Assembly (NCBI GenBank): GCA_964647565.1
Contig: CAZYIM010000001.1
Coordinates: 1-64,000 of the forward strand
Source of the DNA: an uncultured Methanosarcinales archaeon
Lineage (GTDB): Archaea > Nanobdellota > Nanobdellia > Woesearchaeales > CAZYIM01
DNA length: 64,000 nt
Direction of reading: 5' to 3'
The position numbers were made by a program, and so were the translations under genes. Each line of letters begins with the position of its first letter. The stretch's first letter is position 1. Below, piece by piece: positions 20,701 to 28,950 of this stretch. Under the pieces are notes generated by a model. The model was not told the DNA's origin, did not search any database, and was given only the letters and a program-made list of their open reading frames with translations.

Positions 20701-23293
20701 AGTGCATATCCCTGAAATCATAAGGAACATTGGTATTCCAGACATAAACCTTGCCATCCTTATAACCCATAATAATCTCCAAAGTGCCGTCATTATCCAA
20801 GTCATCGATTGCAGGTGATGAATATAATACATTAGTCTCGTCAGGCAAAAGAGGCAGGGTCTTGGGCCATCCTTCTACATCAGTCCCATCTCCGTTGAAT
20901 GCATATAATTTGGGTGCTACACCTTCTTGCATACCTTTTTGTTCACCGACGAGTATCTCAGGCTCACCATCATTATCTATATCAACTATTGCAGGAGAAG
21001 GCTTTCTAAAGTCTGCTCCTAATATGATATCGTATCCGCCGATATGTTTTGGCCAGCCATTGACAGTAGTTCCATCATCATTCAATGCATATACATTATG
21101 AAGTTCATTTATTATTATCTCCAGTTTACCATCATTATCAATATCTCCCAATGCAGGCGAATTATGGATGAACAAGACCAGGTTAACTGGCCATCCTGAA
21201 ACTAAACTGCCATCTGCATGCCAAGCGTATACCCATTGTTGAGATGCATGGACAATCTCCAGATCTCCATCACCATCGATGTCCCCGACTACAGGATTGC
21301 TTGACATATAAGTGAATCCTGGCAGGAACGGCCTTATATCAACAGGGAAGCCTGTTTCATTCTCAGGATGCTCATCTAGTACAAACAATCGCTGGTCAAG
21401 CGGTATGATCACCTCAGACTTATTATCATTATCAATATCTGCAACAGCTGGCGTTGCTCTAATATTCTGAGCCCATTGGTAATGAGGCCAGTTATTAAGG
21501 AAAGTGCCGTCATGGTTAATTGCATATACATAAGATACACCCATGGTACCGATTACAATTTCCAGATCCCCATTGCCATCAACATCACCAATTGCTGGGC
21601 TGCCAGATGCATATGTCTCTATCCTGATTGGAAATCCATCCAGATGGGTGCCATCATGATTAAATACGTATAATTTATAGTACTTTCTTGAGGCAACAAC
21701 AACCTCATAATATCCGTCCCCATCAAGGTCGGCTACAGCAGGTGTAGGACCGATGAAGTCTCCTATAAAAACAGGCCAGCCATCTACAATTGTTCCATCA
21801 TGGTTGATCGCATAAACATTGCCGTCACCAGTTCCAATTATTATCTCTTTTTCACCATCATTGTCAATGTCAACAGGTACAGGAGAACTTCTTATATCAT
21901 ATCCAATATCAACAGGAAACCCGTCCCTTATTGAATCTCCAAGATGGATATCTACTTCTTCTGATGAAAATTTATTGCCATTGAACTCTGCAGTCAGTCT
22001 TATTGTATAGATACCAGGATCTCCAACATTGTCGGTATTAAAAATACCAAGCAGCTCGTCTTCTTTTGTAGATGAACCTCCTCCAACAAGCGCTATACCA
22101 GAAGCACTCCATTGGTCAGCATCTTTCAGGCTGTATTCAATGACATAATTTCTAAAGCCAGCACCCGTCACAGAACCCTCAATATTGATTAAATTGCCAT
22201 TGGGCCAGCTATCAGCTTCTGGTGAATCGATCCTGACATTGTCTACCTCAATTATTTTAATTTTTTCTCTGTCCTCACCAAGGGAATTTGAAACTATCAG
22301 TTTTAAGGAGTATTGATCATCCATGACATCAAGGGTATTCCACTGTCCAAGTATGTTCTCAACAACAGGATCAGTTGATTGGCTGATAGTATTCCATTGA
22401 ACAGGATCAATTCCTTGGCCATATGACAGTTCATACCCAGTGAAATTGACTCCGGATGCTATACCTGTAATATCTACTGTTTTAACTAATTTACCAGAAG
22501 TTGAAATTGTAGCTAACGGTGCTGTCTCGCTGTATCCTACAGCTGCCAACAAATCTATCAATCCAGCTCCTTGAGCATATTTATCCATGTTCTGGTCAAC
22601 AGCTGTTTCTAAAATCGCATCCTTTATTTTCAATGGCGACCAGTTCGGATGCGCCTGTTTGATCAAAGCAGCAGCTCCTGCTACGTGAGGGGCTGCCATC
22701 GATGTACCTGAATCATAGACATATTGATCTTCAGGGCAGGTATACATCGGAACATAAGAATCATCTAACTGAGCTGCGCATATTCTGGCTCCCGGAGCAG
22801 AAATTTCTGGTTTATCAAGAGTCTCACCATTCCAGATAACAGGACCTCTGCTGCTAAAAGTAGCAATCGGGGAAGTACAATAGGCTAGCCCTGCTATAAC
22901 TAAGTTAGGATTACACCAGGCTGCAACAGATACTGCTTTTCTAGCACATGCAGGACATGTTATTGTTTCTGAAGCAGAGCCAAGATTTCCAGCAGAGACA
23001 GTCACAAATACACCTGCATCAACAGCTGCATCGACTGCTAATGAGTCTGGATCATCAGGAGTTCCATCACTTCCTAAACTGATACTAATGACATCAACTG
23101 CATCATCGAAATTACCGTCCTGATTAGGATCTACAGCGCGTTCAATTGCAGCTATTATCATGCTTTCAGGGCAGTTGCCGTTGGCACTGCAAACCTTATA
23201 TGCAACAATCTTGGCATCAGGTGCAACTCCATTCAGTACATCTTTACCAGCAGCTATTGAAGCAACATGAGTGCCATGGCCGTGATCATCCAT
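11750..23293 (-). CDS. Giant surface protein (3847 aa): S8 subtilase lacking its Asp segment, FG-GAP repeats, beta-propeller-like repeats, FN3/Ig repeats, 7-blade Kelch propeller, C-terminal GWN domain
   Basis: HGHGTHVA and GTSMAAPHVAG; many (G/A)D(I/L)DxDG repeats; nine FN3 modules with a YxYAVTAVD-like motif; seven xGxV(L/F)xxG(G) Kelch blades. The frame stays open upstream to 23377. Confidence 0.9.
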   Translation of the reverse strand: MDDHGHGTHVASIAAGKDVLNGVAPDAKIVAYKVCSANGNCPESMIIAAIERAVDPNQDGNFDDAVDVISISLGSDGTPDDPDSLAVDAAVDAGVFVTVSAGNLGSASETITCPACARKAVSVAAWCNPNLVIAGLAYCTSPIATFSSRGPVIWNGETLDKPEISAPGARICAAQLDDSYVPMYTCPEDQYVYDSGTSMAAPHVAGAAALIKQAHPNWSPLKIKDAILETAVDQNMDKYAQGAGLIDLLAAVGYSETAPLATISTSGKLVKTVDITGIASGVNFTGYELSYGQGIDPVQWNTISQSTDPVVENILGQWNTLDVMDDQYSLKLIVSNSLGEDREKIKIIEVDNVRIDSPEADSWPNGNLINIEGSVTGAGFRNYVIEYSLKDADQWSASGIALVGGGSSTKEDELLGIFNTDNVGDPGIYTIRLTAEFNGNKFSSEEVDIHLGDSIRDGFPVDIGYDIRSSPVPVDIDNDGEKEIIIGTGDGNVYAINHDGTIVDGWPVFIGDFIGPTPAVADLDGDGYYEVVVASRKYYKLYVFNHDGTHLDGFPIRIETYASGSPAIGDVDGNGDLEIVIGTMGVSYVYAINHDGTFLNNWPHYQWAQNIRATPAVADIDNDNKSEVIIPLDQRLFVLDEHPENETGFPVDIRPFLPGFTYMSSNPVVGDIDGDGDLEIVHASQQWVYAWHADGSLVSGWPVNLVLFIHNSPALGDIDNDGKLEIIINELHNVYALNDDGTTVNGWPKHIGGYDIILGADFRKPSPAIVDIDNDGEPEILVGEQKGMQEGVAPKLYAFNGDGTDVEGWPKTLPLLPDETNVLYSSPAIDDLDNDGTLEIIMGYKDGKVYVWNTNVPYDFRDMHWNQFQHDIANTGLYSGGSYVEGYEEKYLYFTLTGDDCNVNLTLTATTDDKELYVRLMPNMCDNNWDQNMTVPAGQTDSMILDGLNHGSYAIMIGGVGAHTLTTDLFCRLDANPPSIEMDDIPPYLNEPVQLHAIVGDNNGLTFCEICIANDNLCDTEWTTDGLNQSFIVGDLSGTCSYFWNVTNYTQANYTVSIRISDMNNNTVESPSQHSIVDLTGPSINILAFPPIVDALANFTLTADVSDNFGVNYVNISIFGQTLMMQRVDPQSTIYNIDVIAPDIYGEHLILLNTLDHTGNLATANYTINVEELISWSEDAVLTSGADDSPSVKPHIVVDTANNRHIVWEENNAGNSEIYYSKIDAVGKLIIHNHRISNNLYNSYNPQVATDPSNNAHIVWVDDRDGNKEIYYSKLSSNGDILISEMRVTHNLFESIQPAVFASGESVDIVWLDDRSGNVEFFFKKIDQAGAYLISDKQISSDLDMNDFSVVQHENIIYIVYKKSTTNEIRLIRINRENGNLDLETGLIYGFDPSVSVSVDLCLAWLLNDNVVFGRFTKEGILLSTLNITSNGSATSPEVSCDQENKAQLLWLETIQGAENLYYIKLDQNNVVIRSQMQITDDVSGVSDITLVSGSAHITYQTDNESHFITTNFDETAPLISSISVDEITPYTARVTWTTDEASTSLVNFGIFTANDSMVYDESLTLEHSVIIGGLFHQTDYKFEVISSDLFGNKAIANNNGHYYTFTTGNARYRPALPTTFYGRVVFTNGTPAQGVPVNAHWADTNTVDHNTLVSSMTIEDAIAMGNLSLVGYYFFSSGEIKAKPGTMIFLSSPGDITEPNPFIPADPGGSPSLVVGGPIMVDTIPPEITIHFPQEDNYITPFLYLNYSVNEEIQWAAFELNDQDLVTITDYQYQRINITANLGQNTLIVYATDVVGLGSSESVTFWVNDSVAPAVTVNAPPMIFGIFLLSADVFDLTNPLKPSCEICISTDGVCDSEWSDQDVANDFMPGDYDGRCLFEWDTSDYDDMNFIVNFRVQDQIDNWGTGQAVQVTVDNNAPELISNLNVFSVGGQNLLSVSWTPSSDSNLALYNLYRSVEPFNDVTGVEPLYSTTANWINDTGLESGATFYYAVTAVDTAGNENKAVVSKNGTVADTVKPIVTITSPTVREYANQVIPLTYETSESVAWCNYVLNEGPDTPVSETINAYQGNNSLILSCADIANNVGTAEVDFVVDSVAPDPIFSIVVYQVPGEDQLLLDWGSSQEMGVLYKIYRSSEAFNNVQNMTPISSTYVDLFWDDNLVSGATYHYAVTAVDSLGNENYNVVSANGTVDDVIGPEIEIISPVNQLYETNQIDLIYRSNEVVTACTYNLNNEISTIYSNYTTITAAEGLNNLLLICNDTSDNTGFDSVQFNVDNEVPSQIVGLNVESVSGQNQLSLSWLPSDAPDIASYNIYRSENTISNIQGMTAIANSLLPSYIDIGLESEATYHYAVTAVDDYDNEKKQVSSVLGTVADYLPPEPVAEVVVEPSETEHSIQISWQATDASDFSHYNIYRSSSPWILIDSVQDINSVSYTDVNLTNGATYQYKVTVVDNSGNEETQVDSVGGTVADLLPPVITITAPLNQTPYNSRVVELAYDTDEPVASCSYSLNYAEALPVTPTINANEGQNSIKVLCTDLSGNPGESEIMLFNTDTTAPAPVTGLTVESIPQKAWLDLSWDDSVPGDLKHYNIYRSDAPFSDVSLMTPIGTSQVSMFTDMNLVSEATYYYGITAVDIVDNENKTLLSESGTVADVVAPDTITGLVVETIPQVTSLSLSWDPSVAEDFQKYIIYRANKSFSDVSLDYVNDQGQFYSTTDMRSFRRDLAITELHDGRVLIVGGYWSSAIFGYHWLKSTELYTLPETYEGEAGSSAYGPYMNQIRRNPSATTMQDGKVLIVGGLYQTHRQKSAEVFDPDALEGQGLFTILSEECGPQHNHLFHTVTVLPDGKVLIAGGYTDKAEIYNPATGCFEETGDLVYDRDGHEAVLLNNGKVFLAGDNIRCEIYDPAAGNFIATSTNMTTNRRRQATSILADGRVLLAGGKPGGTTAEIYDPVTDTFTETSGQLNGLRTGADAYLLENGKVLILGGLDYDDTYLNTAELFDPVTETFTMMNQTMFRERAYHDSIKLSDGRVFIAGGALAGTKSTEIYDPGDFVQIEEVATIDDQQQTSYTDTGRKSSAEHYYAVTAVDMSENENQDVNSVMGTVADIEPPVITITSPTDQIYDVSDIPLTYETDEEVASCTYSLNNAAYNPVAPTVAADEGVNNLTVSCLDLAGNQGWSFPIAFDVDTTAPEQILGLAVSPVPREASLNLAWFASGASDLDHYNIYRSSTPFADISSMQAVATTQNNNFLDVNLTNEATYHYAVTAVDLIGNELSDVISISGTVADIVPPVITILNPVSVVYGTRELILSYIVNEDVISCTYSLNAGAVVEVDGNTTFLASEGSNTIAVNCTDMGLNIGSAFISFDVDMMAPEPVQDLVVEPVAGQNSLLLSWRSNVETDIAEYNIYKSDSPFSNVLNLTPLDSSPVNTYQDNDLISMQTYYYAVTAVDQFDNENFDVTSVAGTVADTIPPAQVQGLQVLTMGDKIELNISWIPNGEGDLSHYKVYRSKEPFDEVNLILLIANATINNYQDINLDEGTTYYYAVTAVDDAGNEETQVAAVSKITPDITPPEVEVNPVGSRIAGNVTLFASVGDAGIGLLQSCAVCLTTGEECSWTTDGVVNGFDVGAINGTCSFLLDTSDYAEGVYTYTFRVSDLANNSRQGIAQQTEIVAVDNLTVFNMELTEGWNLMSIPLDPLDNSIEAVLNSLEGKYSKVYYFNPNNEKWMVYNPRRTIFHQPNDLLELEPGKGYWIEMSETATFTISGLEVVGFNIQLQSGWNYIGYPYDSDAEISSALETLDNKFYRIYSYNAPLDNWNLYARYSSVYTPNTLDTMSAGKGYLIDMINSTKWEP

Positions 23294-23331
23294 AGGATCT
23301 GAATCATTATTATAGAAGTCGAACCCTCCGA

Positions 23332-23640
23332 TTACCTTGCAGCTAGATTCACAATCCTGGGAGCAAAGTACAGTGTTTCATCTCCATTACAGATGCCGTC
23401 GCCGCAAACAGGAGGCTCTGGCTCTCCTCCAATATATAAGTTGGATCCTAAAATACCATCTCCACCATTAGGAAGAGGATCAACATGGCCGATTGTGTCT
23501 CCATTATCATCATATTGCGGGATCTCGATATTATCATTGCCTGATGCATAGTTGAATGCTTCTGCCATTGAGACATAACCATCCCCATTTTCATCAGAAA
23601 CTGAAGGAGTGTGCAAAGCTGTCCTGTTCAGATATGTCAA
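23332..23640 (-). pseudogene. Out-of-frame fragment: C-terminal tail of a C13/caspase-like peptidase domain plus a CGDG cysteine-rich repeat
   Basis: DENGDGYVSMAEAFNYA...IPQYDDNGD and CGDGICNGDE, which continues as xTVLCSQDC in the giant-protein frame after a -1 shift near 23377. Confidence 0.55.
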
Positions 23641-24574
23641 GATTTAACTGTTGATTATAATATACATTTGCCAATGCTTCGACAGATGCAAGAGCACCAT
23701 ATGCCCAACAGCTTGCACAGCTGCCTTGGTCTTTGACAGGAGTTATCACATTCTTGCCATGCCAGTTCCTGTAGTCCCAGCTTGCAGGATAGTTAGATGC
23801 CGACTGGATGATTGATGCGCCAGGTTCAGGATCAATATCAAATATTCCACCTTTGTAATATTCAAAACCCTGAAGGTTAGGCAGGTCATCTAAGGGTGTA
23901 CCGTCTGGTTTGTAAAACAATTTCTTTTTTTCTGAATAACTAAGTCTTGAGATTGATGTAGGGCCTGCAATCCATCTCCTGCCTTCGGTGGGCATCTGTG
24001 AATTGATTTTTTGGGACTTGAAGGTGTCTTGAGCAATCTTCTTCTGTTGGTTGTATTGGTCCACTCCAACACTCTGAACTTCGCTGTCCAGATCGCTCAT
24101 CGAACCTGAGTATCCTACAGATTCCAAAGTAAGGGTTGCATCGACTATCTGTATCTTGAGTGAAGAAGGATTGACGCCATTTAAGGAGCAGCTCTCTTCA
24201 CAAAAATCAACAATCCTGAAATTATTGTCATTTACCAGCAAAGGATATGCCTCGTAGACCAGGTATTCCTTTTGGTTTGAGTCAATTAGTATTATCCTGA
24301 CAAGGCCTTTGTCTGAGTTAAGGTTGATAGAACCTGTTATTGAGAAACTGTATATCTTATTTGATATGCCCAGGTTATAGCTATCGTCAGAGCTGAACTG
24401 CTGGTTAATAGGTTTAGTTGAAGTGATGCCCGCAGCACTAAACATGTCCAGATTTGTGGCTTCTTCCCCACCTATATAATGTGCAATCTGACTGTCACTA
24501 TCAGAGGCTGAAGCAAATGAGAAAATAGATATAAATAGGAATAGTAATACATACACTACTAATCTACTGTTAAT
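23594..24574 (-). pseudogene. Truncated secreted papain-like (C1A) protease; probably the original 5' end of the giant gene
   Basis: Signal peptide, then PASWDYR, TPVKDQGSCASCWAYG and LDISEQD, followed by a stop before the catalytic His/Asn. The codon at the usual RBS spacing is ATT (24574). Confidence 0.7.
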
Positions 24575-24693
24575 ACTTTCACCTCTCCTTGCAATAATCT
24601 TTGCACCAATTATTTATAAAGTTATTGAAAAATAACTATAATCTATATTCAATATTGCAAAGGTTTTTATGTTTTAGCCCATTTCTTTATCAT

Positions 24694-25467
24694 ATGAACC
24701 TTAAATCTGTAGAAGGACCTGCAAAAGTACTGCTTTCAAAAAGATTGTTCGGTACACTAGGTAGAGTTGCTGGAAGAACAATTAGTGCGGTATCATGGGG
24801 CTATACTATCTATGAGGTTGGAAAAGCAGTCAATAGGAGCATGAAACATTCTCCAGTACAGCAGGAGATCGAGGCTGTCAGGAAGGAATACATTAAATGG
24901 AGTAGTGCTATATCCTGCATCGGGCGGGATGCATATCACGAAAATGAGATGGCCTCTATCCATGAAGGCGGCGCCATCACATATCTTGGGAAAAGAGAAT
25001 TGATAAATTGGCCTGATTCAAGAAATAAGCAGGAACCTGGAAGACCGCAGACAGAATATCATCATGATCCGACAAGCTTAGAAGATGCTATTAAGAAGGA
25101 GGACAAAAGAATCCTTAACCCTGACCCCAAGATGGCAAAGGAGCTTGTCAACAGGTCCATAACCTATGTGATCGATGCTGAAAATGTAATAAATATGTAT
25201 GATTATGTTGATAGAAAGGAAAACATAATTAAGCGTTTGAGAAATGCTGATGACAAGATCAATCCTGACTATGTTACAGGAGTAAGCTATCTGGAAAACC
25301 AAAAGGAACTATATGGAATTGTCCAGGACATGATCTTTATTGAGTCAGAGTTCAAATCATATCTACATCAGCTTGAACAAGAAAAATCAAAGATGAACTG
25401 GAAGGATGTTGGCAAGGCTGCAATTGGCGCTGCAGTTGGTACTGCAACAGTGCCTAAGTTTAAATGA
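24694..25467 (+). CDS. Hypothetical protein with a C-terminal Gly/Ala-rich tail
   Basis: ORF; start placed at ATG 24694. Confidence 0.6.
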   Translation: MNLKSVEGPAKVLLSKRLFGTLGRVAGRTISAVSWGYTIYEVGKAVNRSMKHSPVQQEIEAVRKEYIKWSSAISCIGRDAYHENEMASIHEGGAITYLGKRELINWPDSRNKQEPGRPQTEYHHDPTSLEDAIKKEDKRILNPDPKMAKELVNRSITYVIDAENVINMYDYVDRKENIIKRLRNADDKINPDYVTGVSYLENQKELYGIVQDMIFIESEFKSYLHQLEQEKSKMNWKDVGKAAIGAAVGTATVPKFK

Positions 25468-25471
25468 GATC

Positions 25472-26179
25472 CTAATTCTTGACTTTTGCTGCATATTCCT
25501 TAATATATTTTAATTCAACAACATGGGGGATGTCTTTAAATCCAATCATCCGCATGGCAAGAGTGTATTCCCAAAGACTTACGATACCATCCCCGTTGCC
25601 TTTCTGCTTCTCAGAATCCATAAGATAATATGCTTTCCCCAAAATCATGCCCCGGGTCTGTTTTCTAGTAGTCAAAGGCTCTTTCCATTTGTCCCAGCCA
25701 GGAGGCGTGAATCCCTTTTTCTCTTCAAATGCCTTGATCCATGCTTTTGCAGGTATGTATATGCGGTTATCCTTGAAATCTTCTGTCAGCACAGCATAGC
25801 CCATTTTACGATAAAGGGCAGCCCTCTCATCAATAAAATCTAAATCTATTGCATTTTCATCAATATTATATGCGTCAAGTGTTGCATCACGTATCTCCTC
25901 ATATCTGTTCCATGAGATCAGGTTAAAGAGGTTTTCAGCAGGATAAGATGATATTCTTAAGGTTGTATTCACTATTTTGTTCAGTGTTTTTTCACTAGAC
26001 TTTACTCCATGCATATTCTTCGGCCAATAGCTGTCATAGACAGGCACAGTCACTAATCTTGTTAATGGAGATACAACCACAGCCAGGGCAGCCAACTTCA
26101 AAAGAGGTTTGACTAGTTTTTTCCATATCTTGCTTTCATCTGCTGTCGGATTATATGGTGCATTGCTCTCGCCATTCAT
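25472..26179 (-). CDS. Hypothetical membrane-anchored protein
   Basis: 235-aa ORF with an N-terminal hydrophobic helix. Confidence 0.6.
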   Translation of the reverse strand: MNGESNAPYNPTADESKIWKKLVKPLLKLAALAVVVSPLTRLVTVPVYDSYWPKNMHGVKSSEKTLNKIVNTTLRISSYPAENLFNLISWNRYEEIRDATLDAYNIDENAIDLDFIDERAALYRKMGYAVLTEDFKDNRIYIPAKAWIKAFEEKKGFTPPGWDKWKEPLTTRKQTRGMILGKAYYLMDSEKQKGNGDGIVSLWEYTLAMRMIGFKDIPHVVELKYIKEYAAKVKN

Positions 26180-26305
26180 ATAATAGCGGGAATATGAAAA
26201 TCAATTTAAAGATTGCTATGAATTAGTGATTATTTCAGATTATTTCTGCTTTTTCTTTAGGAAATCATTTAAAACAAAAAATTTAAATATTTTTAATCAT
26301 AACAA

Positions 26306-26325
26306 CTTTATAACTTGTTATAAAG
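26306..26325. promoter_or_regulatory. Palindromic operator of the relBE-like TA module
   Basis: Perfect inverted repeat CTTTATAAC-TT-GTTATAAAG between the TATA box and the start codon. Confidence 0.65.
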
Positions 26326-26334
26326 GTGTTATAA

Positions 26335-26568
26335 ATGGAAACAACAATGATACAGCTCAAGAAAAAGACAGTAGCCAGGCTCCAGGAACTGAAACGGTAT
26401 TCCAGAGAAAGCTATGATGAAGTGATTAACCAGCTTCTGGATGATTCTGAAGTAGAAGTGCTGACTGAAAAAGAGATAAAAGAGGTTGAAGAAGGCCTGG
26501 AAGACATCAAGCAGGGAAGGGTCCAATCAATCGAGAAAGTGGCCAAGAACCTGAATGTGAAACTCTAA
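26335..26568 (+). CDS. Antitoxin (RHH-like N-terminus)
   Basis: TTMIQL...LQELK...SYDEVINQLLD, acidic C-terminus, immediately upstream of RelE. Confidence 0.8.
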   Translation: METTMIQLKKKTVARLQELKRYSRESYDEVINQLLDDSEVEVLTEKEIKEVEEGLEDIKQGRVQSIEKVAKNLNVKL

Positions 26569-26569
26569 G

Positions 26570-26824
26570 ATGTACTCTATCTATCTGACTGAAAAATCAA
26601 GGAAGTTCCTAAGCAAGCTGAACAAACCAAAGACAGAAATGATATTAAAGCATATATATAGATTAAGAACTGATCCATTTCCTTATGTCAAAAGACTGCA
26701 TGGAAGGAAGCTCTGGAGATTAAGGATAGAAAAGTACAGGGCTGTGCTTGACATAATAATAGCAGGTAGGAAAATCATTGTTGTTCGGATCGGTCACAAA
26801 AGCAATATCTATGATAAGATCTGA
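26570..26824 (+). CDS. relE: RelE/ParE family toxin
   Basis: Basic 84-aa protein with KRLHGRKLWRLRIEKYRAV and IGHKSNIY. Confidence 0.85.
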   Translation: MYSIYLTEKSRKFLSKLNKPKTEMILKHIYRLRTDPFPYVKRLHGRKLWRLRIEKYRAVLDIIIAGRKIIVVRIGHKSNIYDKI

Positions 26825-26869
26825 TCAACAAAATATATAAATGCATTCTACCTAATATTAGGAATCAGG

Positions 26870-27070
26870 ATGATAACTGTCAATGATCGTCATAAGATAA
26901 AATATGAAAAAGACATGACCATCGACAATCTCCTAGACCGGATGAAATACACTTACAATCTGATAACTGTCACAGTTGACAATGAACTGGTTCTAACTGA
27001 AAATTATTCTACCTACAAGCTATATGATAAAGCGAAAGTAAATGTTTTTCATCTTGCCCACGGAGGGTAA
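26870..27070 (+). CDS. ThiS/MoaD ubiquitin-like sulfur carrier
   Basis: 66 aa, starts MITVN and ends AHGG. Confidence 0.8.
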   Translation: MITVNDRHKIKYEKDMTIDNLLDRMKYTYNLITVTVDNELVLTENYSTYKLYDKAKVNVFHLAHGG

Positions 27071-27075
27071 AAAAA

Positions 27076-27930
27076 CTAATAATATGGCTGCTCTTGCATC
27101 TTGGTGGTTGTTATATCCACATTTCCATCCATAAGCCTTTTTGAAGCATATGCCTGAGGGGTTCTGAGATTGACTTCCTTTAGGTTTTTCATCAGGAAAT
27201 AAAAATCTCCGTTCGGAGTTGGCAGATCTGTCTGGCCATTGAGCAATCTTAAGCGAACCTCCTCTTTATCTACGCCCTGATAATCAGCAAGATCCTTGAA
27301 TCCCACGATTACACCATCAGGAGTCTCAGCAACGTCAGTCACAAGCAGGTCATAATAGTCTATATCCCTGTTAAACACAAGGTCTACAACATAATCATCT
27401 GCAGAGATTAGGGATGGGTCTTTAGTTATGGCTTTCTTTAGCTTTGCCACATTTTCTTTATGTGATTCGCCTGTCTCAATTCCAGGTTCATCAAGAATGT
27501 CAAAATGATATTCTTCACGATCCTCTTCTTCCTCTGGAGCACCACCGAAGATCATGGCTATGCCACCGACCAGGTCACCTATAACTTCTCCAAGGCCAGG
27601 CTCTTTAGGCAATTCAGGATAATATACTTCAAGGTATGCCAGATGCGGATTAAAAACAGTCATGATCTTTTCATCATCATGGTCATAGCCAGTCACAGCT
27701 ATCCCCTGCACAAATTCTTCTACTGTTTTAGTTTCTTCGCCTTCTCCAGTCGAGAACTCAAACTTTCTTCGGGTCACCGATGCTTTTTGAACACCCAGGT
27801 TATTATATCCCTGTCTGCCATCATAGACCTTTTCAAGGTCATTCTTAAGGCGGACCATTCTTGTTTCATCTACATTGTTCAATACATTTACAAAAAAATC
27901 TAGTGTTTCTTTATCTAATCTTTTTATCAT
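27076..27930 (-). CDS. Hypothetical acidic protein
   Basis: 284-aa ORF with a GGTGA RBS. Confidence 0.65.
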   Translation of the reverse strand: MIKRLDKETLDFFVNVLNNVDETRMVRLKNDLEKVYDGRQGYNNLGVQKASVTRRKFEFSTGEGEETKTVEEFVQGIAVTGYDHDDEKIMTVFNPHLAYLEVYYPELPKEPGLGEVIGDLVGGIAMIFGGAPEEEEDREEYHFDILDEPGIETGESHKENVAKLKKAITKDPSLISADDYVVDLVFNRDIDYYDLLVTDVAETPDGVIVGFKDLADYQGVDKEEVRLRLLNGQTDLPTPNGDFYFLMKNLKEVNLRTPQAYASKRLMDGNVDITTTKMQEQPYY

Positions 27931-28062
27931 AGTATCACCGTTTTAGTTTTTTACTGGAAAGTGTAGACAAAATTTTTTATATACTTTTTCCACACAATAT
28001 ACACAAAATATATAAAGTAAACACTAATCCTAATTAGTACATAATAATAAGGAGATGAAAGC

Positions 28063-28950
28063 ATGTTTAACAGAAAGATCGTACAACACGGATCTAGCAC
28101 ATTGACAATATCATTGCCTTACCGCTGGACGCAGAAATACGGACTCAATAAAGGTGATGAACTTGCATTAGAACCTCACGGAAAAAACCTGCTGATCAAG
28201 ACAGACAGGAATCCTGAGAATAAAGTGAAGAGCTTATCTTATCCTAAGAACAAGATCTTCCTAAAAAGGGATCTTCTTAACCTTTACCGTCAGGGATATG
28301 ACGAGGTAGTATTGAAATTCTCATATGAAATCCCTATTGCAGCCATATTAGAGCAGCTTGATGAGATCCTTGGCTTTGAAATTGTTGAACAGACAGAGAG
28401 CACCTGCATCATCAGGAATGTTGCCAATGTCAAGGTCAAGGAGTTTGACTCCATGTTAAAGCGGCTCTTTATTCTTGCGCACACATTTTCTTCGGCAGTG
28501 CTTGAGGCTATAAAGGAGAAAAATATCAGTAAATTGCAATCAGGAAAATCAGTGGAAAGGGAATCAAACAAGCTAGTCAACTATTGCCAAAGAGTGCTTA
28601 ACAAAGGTGACTTCGAGGATATAACAAGAATCACTGCATTATTTTCATTGGTAGACAGGTTAGAACTGATCAATGACTCTCTGGGCGATATAAGTGATTA
28701 TTTGATTAAGAAAAACTTTAGCCTGGATAATAAGACAATAATGTTCTTTGAAGAACTGAACAACCATTTCCAGGATATCTACATGCAGTATTTCTGCTCA
28801 AACAGGGTTGTATCTGAACTTAAGAAAAAAAGACTTGCATTATATACGCAGTTCTTTGATATCGCAGAGGACAAAAAACTCAACCTTATAGTTATGTCAG
28901 GTCTTAAACAAGTACTTGAAGAACTGCACCATATAGAAGTCTCACTCTAG
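28063..28950 (+). CDS. AbrB-PhoU fusion phosphate-uptake regulator (second paralogue)
   Basis: RKIVQHGSSTLTISLP...GLNKGDEL, YRQGYDE and GFEIVEQ. Confidence 0.85.
   Translation: MFNRKIVQHGSSTLTISLPYRWTQKYGLNKGDELALEPHGKNLLIKTDRNPENKVKSLSYPKNKIFLKRDLLNLYRQGYDEVVLKFSYEIPIAAILEQLDEILGFEIVEQTESTCIIRNVANVKVKEFDSMLKRLFILAHTFSSAVLEAIKEKNISKLQSGKSVERESNKLVNYCQRVLNKGDFEDITRITALFSLVDRLELINDSLGDISDYLIKKNFSLDNKTIMFFEELNNHFQDIYMQYFCSNRVVSELKKKRLALYTQFFDIAEDKKLNLIVMSGLKQVLEELHHIEVSL

Noticed and set aside
12174..22010. Many short plus-strand ORFs inside the giant gene, and similar antisense ORFs elsewhere
   Set aside because: They are shadow ORFs opposite well-supported genes and carry no motifs.
26245..26273. 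Possible sixth copy of the 29-bp motif upstream of relBE
   Set aside because: Only the left arm matches and the right arm needs gaps, so it is mentioned as tentative and not annotated.
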